From the NCBI GenBank assembly GCA_002633005.1, contig NMRA01000479.1, forward strand, positions 126,317 to 190,316: DNA of 64,000 nucleotides, in the 5' to 3' direction. Positions 49,401-61,400 of this stretch are shown one piece after another (position 1 is the stretch's first letter; each line of letters starts with the position of its first letter). The DNA comes from Phoronis australis (taxonomy: Eukaryota > Animalia > Phoronida). The notes under the pieces were generated by a model. The model was not told where the DNA came from. It saw nothing but the letters and a program-made list of their open reading frames with translations, and searched no databases. The position numbers and the translations under genes are program-made.

Positions 49401-52400
49401 TTTTGTTGGTTTACTGGAAGCAGGTGAAAAGGGGAGTTACTTTAAGATGCTGCGCACATATTGACAGAATTTGATTGACACTGAGCTGCATTTTACTGAT
49501 AATAAGACAGAATAAAGTTGAACTGGATGATTAAGCTAGGTTTGCTGGTAAACAGAGACGGCTTGCATTTAACAGATAACTGTTTGAAGCTATCGATACA
49601 AGAGCAACGTGGAGCGTTGAAATGCGCACACGACTGAACCGCAAACGGTGTGCATATAGGGGTATTTGTCTCACAATTTAATAATTTTATCCTGCAGAAG
49701 GTTTAGGAGATACAGAGATAGACACAAAAAACTGCCACTAGGAGGCTACACAGTAATCCAAGTCGTCCGAAAATCCTTATAAGCCGGCCTCTTCACAGTA
49801 GAAACATAAACGCCAATTTTTAAATCATCCTCAGACACTGTTTGGTTGATAAAGGGGTGGACACCAAAAACAGACTAGAAAACAGTAAAAATGAACACTA
49901 GATGGCGCAACATGTCGAATCCATCCGAAAACACAAACATCTCATCGTTTCTTTAATAAAAGCTATTTACCAAATGACATAAAAATCCGTAAAGGAACTT
50001 CGGAAAAACAGAAGAAAACGAAAAAAACTGAAATTACCACTAGAGGGCACAGTGTTCATAGGATCTGTCTGAATGTACTCATCTTCTGTTCTCAACTCCA
50101 CATATATACACTTGCTAAACTTAACAAACACTCTGCAGACAGTTTAGAAATATAGCCATGGGCGTGAAAAAAAGCCACTAGGAGGCGCCACAGTAGTTGA
50201 AGTTGTCGAAAAATCATCAGTTGTGCTCTTCACAATAGGGACATATATGTCAATTTTCACAATCATCCTTCGAGCGGTTTGGTATACAGAGGGGCGAATG
50301 CAAAAAAAAACAGACTTGAAAACAGTAAAATGGCCACTAGGTGGCGCAAAATATCTCGAATACATCAGAAAACGAGAGGATAGCAACATCTCACTGATAG
50401 ATGCCAATCTGCCAATTTTTATGAAAACTTATTGACGAGGATCTTTGAAGATACAGACTGAGGTAAACGCAAAAAACTGAAGCTGCCACTAGGAGGTACA
50501 CTGGGAGTCTGAACCATCCGAAAGTCATCGTCATCTGTAGTCTTCTTCATATAAATACACTTGCTAAATTTGATAAAGATCCTGCAGAGCATTTAGGAAA
50601 TACAGCCATGGGCGCAAGAACAAAACTGCCAATAGGAAGCAAAACAGCAGTCGAAGTCGTCGAAAAATCGTCAGCTGCCCTCTTTACAGTAAGAAATATA
50701 CACCAATTTTCACTATCATCGTTAGAGTGGTTTGGTTGACAAAGGGGCGGACTCGAAAACAGTAAAAATGGCCACTAGGTGGTGCAAAATAACTCAAATC
50801 CATCTGAAAATGAGAGAATAGCCTCATCACACTAATAGATGCCTATCTGCAAAATTTTATAAAAATAAGTTGCGGAACTCCGAAGATACACAGATAAATG
50901 TAAAAAATTTAAATTGCCACTAGGGGGCACACCAGTAGTCAGATAGGACCGAAATTCGTCATCATCTGTCGTAAGCTACGTATAAACACACCAAATCTCA
51001 TCAAGTTCCTATGTGGGCTTTAGGAGATACAGCTGCGGACGGCAAACACCGGACGCCCACATAGAGATGACAATATGCAGCCACATACAAATATGTGGGC
51101 GCATAACAAAGACTTCGGAACTATTGTACATGCCCACTTCAGACATCAAGTCTCACAACCCAGAGCATAAAAATATTAACACTCATAGCCCACTCTAGGC
51201 CTTGACGATGTTGACCCAATCAATAAACACACCTTGACAGTGTCTCCCCAATACAATAATATAACTTGACAGTGTCACCCCAGCACCTCAATGTACCTTG
51301 ATAGTGTTCCCCCAGCACCTCAATGTACCTTGACAGTGTCACTCCAACACATCAATATACCTTCACAGTGTTCCCCGAGGCAATTAATATATCTTGACAG
51401 TGTCTCCCAGAGTGTCACCTCGACACCTCAATATACCTTAAAAGTGTCCCCCAGCAGATCAATATATCTTGACAGTGTCACCCCAGCCAATCAATATAGC
51501 TTGACAGTGTCACCCCAGCCAATCAATATACCTTGACAGTGTCACCCCAGCCAATCAATATAGCTTGACAGTGTCACCCCAGCACCTCAATATACCTTGA
51601 CAGTGTCACCCCAGCCAATCAATAAAGTTGTGTTGTCCTTCCAGAACAAATTACAGCGGAACAGCTCAGGTCGCAAACTGCAACAAGAACACATGCATGA
51701 ATTTCAAACTGAATAGAATGGCCTAGGAAGAGATAAACCTGCTAAAAATTACAAGTTGGTAAATAATACAGTGTGCTAACGACAAAGCCTTGAATATTTT
51801 GTTTCAACAAGAGCAACATCATAAGACACTGAAATTACGAGTGTTGTATAAGTCCTTAGAATGAAGAACTAAATATCCTAGGGAAAGTCCAGATGAGTTC
51901 AAAGACAGACATTTTAATCTTCACCATCTTTCAAGAACTGGACAGTTACAAACATGAAATGTAAAGCAAAACCTCACCTGGGACTCATGTCTTTTGCAAT
52001 GAAAGTAATTCTCTGGCGAGATGCCATGTCATATACTTTGACACCCTACAATATATCCAGATATGATTTGGCTGTAAAATGTGCCAAGACACCCTACAAT
52101 ATATCCAGATATGATTTGGCTGTAAAATGTGCCATGACACCCTACAATATATCCAGATATGATTTGGCGGTAACATGTGCCATGACACCCTACAATATAT
52201 CCAGATATGATTTGGCTGTAACATGTGCCATGACACCCTACAATATATCCAGATATGATTTGGCTGTAACATGTGCAAACTTGAGATTAAAGAAATCAAA
52301 GCAAGCAACAAAAATTTAACTTTACAATTCAACACCAGAGGTAAATTTTGTACAATGTTAATTAACTACAGAACAAAAGAAAACAGACAAAATGATCCAT

Positions 52401-55400
52401 TATAATTCCACGCCATGGCGGCTGAGAACAAACACAATTCCATGCAATTACAGCTGAGTGTAAGTCAATCGTAGCCATCTGTCACAACCGTCATAGTAGC
52501 TGTACGTCATGACCGTCATAGTAGCTGTACGTCATGACCGTCATAGTAGCTGTACGTCATGACCGTCACAGTAGATGTACGTCATGACCGTCATAGTAGA
52601 TGTACGTCATGACCGTCATAGTAGATGTCCATCATGACCGTCATAGTAGCTGTCCATCATGACCGTCATAGTAGCTGAGTCATGAAATTTATATAGAGAC
52701 TACTAACTTTCAGTCTCATTTTGGGAATGGCGGGTAAATATAGACGCGCCTGTATCTGTTACGTCATAATTGTCACGAGTCATGCGAGGACACCTCTGTC
52801 AGATCGTTGAGAATAAGCTCTGGATGATGGCGGGAAGATCATAGCCAGAGTCTCTGTTTAGAGATGAAGTGTCCCAGCGGATTTCCACTGCTTCAGCTGT
52901 CTTTCTGCACCAGTATTTGTTCTCTCTCACTAAAATGATAGCATTGTCCGACAAGATACTATGTGATGTCTAACAACAGTTCACCAATCGCTGCCCAAGA
53001 ATGGCCAGATGTACTTGATCCTTGATCCAAGTATCAAGGTTCCTCGCAGGTTCCACATAACTTGCGCTGCACTCAGGGTAATCGATTCTGTAGATAACAC
53101 CGCAATCATCAGACTTGTCCTTCAGGTCAACCACTAGCTCCTCACAATGTTAGACAGTTTGTGATAATTAGCGACGGAAAACTAATTGGTCAGTTTCTGA
53201 CAGACACCGTGGACATAGGGTGTGGTACCCTCTATGGGGACACCAATCGCTGGATAGGACTGACACATCTCATCTGTTGTCAGCTCCATAGCAACAAGTC
53301 TGCCAAATTTTACAAAGTTCTTGCAGAGGGATAAGGAGATCCAGTCACGGACGGACAAAAACAAAATCTCTATTTTTAAAATGGACAGTAGGTGGCATAG
53401 AATTGTCAAAGACCTCTGAAAATGGAATGGTGTCATTGTCTCCTTATTTGCCAAATTTCATGAAAAATCCATCGAAGAACTATGGTAACCCTAAAAGCTA
53501 AAATTGTCAATAGGGGGCACAACAGCAGTGGGATCGGTCTGAAATTCATCATCAGCTGCCCTTAGCTTGATATGAGCATAACTTGCCAAATGTTATTAAC
53601 AACCTGCAAGGGGTTTAGGAGATACAGCAGTGGACGCTTGACGACCAGAGACAATGGCTATATTCACCCACATATAAATATATTAGCGTACAAAAGGCAG
53701 TCACAAAAATGTGATCTGTGATAACCCCATATTCCACTTTCACTGATCACGGGTCTCAATGTTGCATGAACTTAATATTAGTTTCTGACAAATTAGATAC
53801 CAGAAGTTTGCCATAGTTAACACATCAAGGATGTTTTACAAACCTCAAAGTATTACATATTACATATTTTACATACCACAGAATGAGATGTTTACATACC
53901 GAAGATGTTTTACATACCAAGTCATTTGCCCAGGCTATGAATGTGTCCTTCCATTGTATATTGCGAATGGTACCCTCACCTTCATGTAGTACAGTCGATT
54001 TACGACCAAATATACCCTTCTCACTCAACACCAGCTACGGATAATAACGACATGCATTTAGTTATTCACAAGTCAACTCTGGCATGGCAATAAAATATTT
54101 CAATAAAATTTGCTGTAAACGCCTACAATTTGCCATATGTACTGTTTCATTGTAGCTACAATGCAGAAATGTCAAAGTATAAATTTCGTGCTATATAATT
54201 ATGTTTTAAGATAAAATGAAGACAGTTTTTACAAATTTCACTCTAGTCCCACATTTTGTGTCTTACATCAGTGAGATTTTACTGAGAATACCAGTTTCAA
54301 AGCCAAGTCAAAATTATCCATGTTTTTTGTCAATACTGTACTAATGTTTTGTTAAAACATGAAACACTGGCCACATAAAATTGATTTATAGATTTTAACC
54401 ACTTGGAGGTCAGTAATTTCAATTCCATTTTACCTAATTTTAAATGTTAATGGCCTTAAGCATTGTTAATTTTAAATGTTATTACTAATTTAGGTAAAAA
54501 AGCACAGTAGGTTCTTGTCTGTTGTTTTTTTTGAAAATTGAGTAACACTTATGCCAGTGCTCAAACAGTCCTATTTTTATCCTTATTGACAACAGAACGG
54601 TGCCAAAGTCCAACAAAAGTTCTTTGTATTGTTTCTACATTTGAAAGCACACTTTTATCATTTTAAAAACGCTGGGTGGACAGAGTGGAGTGGCGTGGAG
54701 GGGGTCTGTTCCATCCTTGCAGGACCGCGAAACGGGTTGGTGCACTGACATGGGGAAGGCAGCCAAACTGACCAGCAGGTGGCAAAAAAAGATAAGAATG
54801 AGAGTAAAATAGGGTAAGGTAACTTAACATATACAACAGACAGAAGCACCAATATGACCCACAAGTCTTAAAAGTAGCAGTGGTATTTTGCAGTCACGAA
54901 GGTATGATGCATTGCAATTTGAGTGACTTAACTAATTTCAGTAGACTTTCAAGCAGTGACAGTGGACCATCTAATGAAATTTATGCATCGGTTGACACTG
55001 GACCATCTAACAAAAATTATGCATTGCTTGACAGTGGACCATCTGCAGAAACTTATGCATTGCTCGACAAATCCACGAGTTATTCAACATTACGTGTCTT
55101 TTAGGAACTTTTCGAAACACACAAAAACTTGATTGAAATGGATGAAGGCAATCGATTCTTTATTTTTTTATTGTAATCAGTGAGCCCAAGCCTTGAAATG
55201 AGTTGAGGTACACACCAGAATCAACTGCACTTTTTGGCCTTACCAAATTACCTTAGTGTCACCCGTAACAAACTGACGTCCACTGTTTTGCCGATAGAAG
55301 TTGGGGTCAAGAGCTATAGCTTTGACTGGACGGTCAAAGTGGATACTCTGGTTATTTCCACTACTGTACAGTCCTGTGATGACAACCTGATAGTAACATG

Positions 55401-58400
55401 TAAAGATAAGAAAATAGCTGTTAAAGGAGAATGCCACTCAAAAAACGGCCTATTTTGTATCGATTTATAAAATAGTAAAACTAGTATAACTAAAATGACG
55501 AGTGTCCGTACTACAGTCTGTAGCACACCGCTCGATACGTGGGGATATTTTAATATATTTTAGTACCGACGCTCGTCATTTTAGTTTTACTAGTTTCACT
55601 ATTTTACATTTTTATTCATCGGTAACTGACGGCATTGCAACATCTATGTGAATCAGAAATCCTATTGGTTTATGTTCAAATATGTTATCACTTAAAGGAG
55701 AATGCTACCCAAAAAACAACCTATTTTGTATCAATTTAGATCCAGTTGTTCAACTCGATAACGGCACGTTTGGTTGCGTTACCTGACACCTGACAGCAGA
55801 CGGAGGTGTTGAAATTATGCAATGACGTTATTGGTTTCCCACGCAGTCTGTTCAGCAGTTCACAACACAGGTTACTGGCGTCAGCTTATCGCTTGAATTC
55901 ATCGTTTAACACAATTAAATCATCAAACTTCGATGTAAAACCCTTAAAAATACACCGAGTTCTTATAAAAACGTGTTGTTTTATTTCGCTGTTACGGATT
56001 TATTGGTATTTGGACACACCATAGCCTAGAAAGTTCAGCAGGTCAATTTACCAAGGTACAAAGGAGGAGTTTGGGGTCTAACCATAGCATACAAAATCGA
56101 GTAATTGTTTCATAACAGCTTTCTGTCAGCAAACAATGAATTAGCATGTACTCACACGGCCTCGGTGCCCGGTCAATTACTTTTGACGGCATCAAAAGCC
56201 GGTAACACAGTGGATTATTCATTGTTGGGTTCTCAACATTTTGCACTCACGAATACTGCAAAGTCATTACAAACTGTACCTAATGAGAAAGACTTTGTTT
56301 CAGATTTATATAAGCATTGGTTAGGATGAGAATACTTCATTTTAAAACAGAACGCAGAATAATAAACGTCTACATGGCAACTCGCCCGACGTCAATCCTG
56401 ACTTAGTCAAGAACTCATCCGACGAAGACTTCACGGGTCGGATCGTCAGGTTTCACAGTTCGAACCGGAATACACTTATCAAGAAATACTAGAGAGGCGC
56501 CATGAACATGCACAGGCAACGCAACAGATGGATACTTGTTTGGTAAGCCGGAATTCATCAGAGAAATCACTGTTAACGAAATGGCGGCCACAAACACAGA
56601 GATGTTTCACGGCCCCATACTTGCTATTAACAGCGTATCTTTCATTCTTCACTACCTCGAGCATTTCGGGCTCTCGAGGAAGTCGAAAAAACGATATACC
56701 CGCTTTCTTCTCAGCTTCATAGTTTGGACAAGTGGGAACGATGCACCGCAATATAGCGGCATTCACTCTGCAGACGAACCACTGACGTCGCTGCATCGTT
56801 TCTCACCTTCCTCACAATTTAACGCGACACCTCTTGGCAAGGTGAGGTTGACGGTATAAGAGGCGATGTGGATAAAGACTGTTTAAGACGGTAAAAAAGA
56901 CTAATTAAATCGGGTAGCATTCTCCTTTAAAGTAACACAGAGTAGGCAAAAATAATCACAACAATAGTTACCACGCATAATGTAACATATTCTAAAAAGT
57001 ATTTGCCTAAGAACATATTGTTGTCAAACTACATTTACAGTAAAGTTTCAGTGAAATTTCACTTTAAAATTTTTTCAAAAACAGTACACAAAGAGTAAAC
57101 ATCAAAAAAAAAACATCAAGACACATATTTTGAAACTTTAGTACTTCAAAAAATCTAATAAGCTTTTAAAAATGATAAATGTGCAGAGCGCTGATATGTA
57201 CCATCACGAGCAGCTAGAGATGATGGTTATTTTAAACATTCCCAGTAAACGAAGCAATGCAGAGCAACTTAACAGTTGCCAAGCAAGTCAGAAATCCCCT
57301 CCTTAATACAAACACAAATGTGTTACCTTTCATCATCATTCTTCAAGTTGACAACAAAGGACGCAAAAACAATAAAAAGGCCACTCGGAAGGGAGGGTGG
57401 AACACACGTCAAATCAATTTGAAGCAGGGAAGGTTACTACATCATCTATGTGATAATAAGTTATTTCCCAAATTTCCCGAATATCCATCAAGGAGTTGGT
57501 AGATGTCAAGGCAAACGTAAAGAAAAACAAAACTGCCACTTAGTGACTATATTACAAATATAAGTGACTATACAGTAGATAGATTTGTCGCAAATTATGT
57601 TGTACTCTCCACAACGGAAATGCATGCCAGCACGATCGATATCAAGGAACTTGTATTGAGCCAAAGTAAAAAAATGATGGCCAAAAGAGGGTGCCACAGC
57701 AGTCAAACTTATTAAAAATCATTGACAGCCATACACTTCACAGTAGGAACACACTAGAGTGGTTTGGCTGATAGAGAGGCAGACACCACATACCAGTGGT
57801 TTCACTGATAGAGAAGCAGACACCACAAAAAAATGGCCACTAGGTGATTTAAAATACGTTGAGCCCATTCAAACGTATGATGGTGTTATCGTCTTTTTAA
57901 AGGGAACATATTTGCCAAATTCAAGAAAGCCCATCAAGGACTTTAAGACACAAAGGCAAAGATAAACAAGAGCAACGCGGAGCGTTGAAATGCACCCACG
58001 AATGCAGTGCAAATGGTGTGCTTTAAGGGTTATTTGTATCATAAAAATGGCAACTAGATGGCGCAAAAACATACAATCCATCCAAAAACAGGAACATGCC
58101 ATATTTCATAAAAATCTGTCAAGGAACTTCAGAGAAACAAAGGAAAACAGAATAAAATGAAATTGCCACTAGTGGGCACTGTGTCCATTGGATCTGCCTG
58201 AAAGTCGTCGTTTGTTGTTATCTTCATATAAATACACTTACTAAATTTAGCAAAGATCCTGTAGTGGGTTTAGGAGATACAATTATGGGCGCAAAACAAA
58301 ACTACCACTAGGAGGCGCCACAGTAGTCAGTCACCATCATCAAAGGTCGTCTTCACACTGAGAGCATATATGCCAATTTTCGAATGATTTGGTTGATACA

Positions 58401-61400
58401 TGGGTGGACACCAAAAACAAGATTTGATAACAGCAAAAATGGCCACTAGGTGGTGCAAAATACCTCGATTCCATCCAAAAACAGGAACATAACGTCATCT
58501 CACCAATAGATGCCTATATTTAAAATTTTATGAAAATCTGTTGAGGACCTTTGAAGATACAGAGTTAAACGTAAAAAACTAAAATTGCCACTAGGGGCCA
58601 CAGCAGTAGTCGTATCTAGATCTGTCTGAAAGTCATTGCCATCCGTAGTCAACATCATATAAATACACTAGCTAAATTAAGTAAAGATCCTGCGAACGGT
58701 TTAGGAGATACAGCCATAGGCGCAACAAAAACAAAACTGCCACTAGGAGACGCCACAGTAGTCGAAATCGTCATCGTCGGAAAATCATCGTTAACCATCC
58801 TCTTCATAGTAAGCACATACATGCCAATTTGCACAATCATCTTTGAGCGGTTTGGTTGATAGAGGGGTGGACGCAAAAAACTCGAACAAAGTAAAAATGG
58901 CCACTAGGTGGTGAAAACTACGTCGAATTCGTCCGAAAACGGGAGGATAGCATCATCTCACTAATGGGTGCCTACATACCAAATTTCATGAAACTCCGTG
59001 CAGGACTTTTGAAGATACAAAGGTAAACGTAAAAAACTAAAATTGTCACTAGGGGGCACACCGGTAGTTGGATCCGTCCGAAAGTTAGCACATGCCGTCC
59101 CATTCATGAATGGAACATATGTGCTACATTTCATGAACGTATATCAAAGAGTTTTGGAGATAGAGGAGCAGACGCCGGTCGGACGCCACCCAAACGGACG
59201 GACGGAGATGACGGCATAATGCGTCCAGATATAAATACGTGTTGCCACTAGGACACAGCAAGTGGTCGGATCTGTCTGCTTATGCCTTCCCATTTACGTA
59301 ATAAGCAAAATTTCAAAAACATCCATTGGAAACACAACAGATGGCATCTAGACACACATACATGTGGGTGCATGATGACAACTCAAGCTATTATTTTTGT
59401 TCAAACATGAGAAAACGTTTTCAGTTTACAATATAACATGAGCCCAAGTAGAAACCGTAAAGAAAATGTTGGCGTCAAAACGATGGTCAATCTGGTTAGA
59501 CTCACAGTTGGACTCAACTAATGAATTTGTACAATAAAATTATTCGGATGTTTCTTTGTCAGGCCAAAAGTACAATAAAATAAAAATGAAGTGGCTAATT
59601 GAACCAAAATAAAACCATAGAAAACAAGAAGTGTTAACTTGCCTTGTATCCCGACTTGACTTTCATAAATCAATGCAAAATCACATCAATAAAAATAAGC
59701 ACTCAGCACTGTGCGCTCAATATAGCTTAAAACAAGTAAACAAGTAACAGGTACATGTATTTTGTGATAGTGTACACTCATGGCAGTACCTACCCTGCCA
59801 TCATCTGAACAACTGGCCATGTGGTCACCATTATCATCAATACTGATCTGATTCACAGTGGTGGTGTGCTGAAGGAAAAACAGGTGTCAAGGATAAGATA
59901 ACGCTACAATATCTGAACAGGAGGAAACAATATAATATTTATGGTAAAGTAAGGCTAATGTATCTGAGCTGGAGAGAACATTATAGTATTAATGGTAACC
60001 GTGGACTACTGTATCTGAGCTGAAGGGAATAACATAATATTTATGGTAACGCCAGGCTGTTCTGCCATGGAGAAAGTCTTCCATTGATTGATAACTGTTC
60101 GTGTTGAAACACTTATATTTTCATGTGTTACTGAGAATAGAATGTATTTCAACTTTACTGCGCCTGACAAAATTTTAAAAAAAATTGAGGGCTCCACAAA
60201 GCCATTCTGTTTGCAGAACCGTTCCGCAACTGTCAAATTGATCAATTAATTATCGTTAGGATTGTCACATTAATACTTTCAATTGGTATTGAGAATGGAA
60301 TGTATTTTAACTTTATAACACACGATGAAAATTAAAAAATTTGGGTGTTCCACAAAACTATTCTGTTTGCAGAACCGTTCCGCATGCAACTGTCACATTG
60401 ATTAATCAATTTTTGTTAGAGTGGAAACATTAATTCTTTCAAGTATTAATGAGAATGGAATGTATTTCATGTTTATTGCACTAGAAGAAAAATTTTAAAA
60501 ATTGAGGGCTCCACAAAACTATTCTGTTTGTGGAATCGTTCCGCATGCAGAACCCTTCTACAACTGCCATTGATTTTTACTAATTAATTAGTGTTCAATT
60601 TTAATTTTTAGAGCAGCAAAGAAGTACTTTAGTGTAACAAGTCTTTAGCCTGTTTGCAATAAATATAAATTAGGCAAAACTTGCTTTTGTCAATCATAAA
60701 CCTTATACTGGTCCAATTTACTCAGACGTTCCATAAAAAAGGCACAATATTCTGAACAGTATTCCACAAAACTTGCGCAGTATTCTGCAGGTGCGTAATA
60801 TTCCACAAAATCTGCGTAATATTCCGCAAAATCTGTGGAATATTTTGCATGGCAAAAACTGATTCAGAACTGCTAATTAAGAAAATGCTAACTGAGGAAA
60901 TAAAAAAGTAACATTGTAAACATGTTTAGGGTAAAGTATAGATTTGTTTCATACCATTTTTTATGACCTAAAGTGGATATAAGAAAGTGTGCAACTGTTC
61001 CGTCCACTTAGAGACTAAATAAGAAAGTCTCTCTGAAAAAAAAATCGCAATAGTTATGTACTTCTCCAAGTGAGCACAAAGATTAACATAGAATATTCTC
61101 ATAACAAAACATGACTTACTGCTTCAATTTCCTTGGAACGCACATTGTTGCCCTGGTGATCCAGTATGTGAAGTGTACCCCAATGCGTTCCTAAGGCAAC
61201 AAACTACAAAACAGAAATGGACAATATTGAACCCAACATATTTGGGGAAAAAGGAAAGGTGCATTATTACTACCGCTGAAATACAGCTTATCACAGTGCA
61301 CTAATGGCAATCATAGTCTGTACAACATATGCCAATAAAGAACAGCAGCTTAAGCTATTGGAAACTATGACATATGTTGAAATGAAGGTGAAATCACACA

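Noticed and set aside
56479-56796. Functional host THAP gene nested in VPS41
   Set aside because: Lies within TIR/TSD boundaries, lacks the conserved Trp and has a frameshifted C-terminus; treated as a transposase relic.
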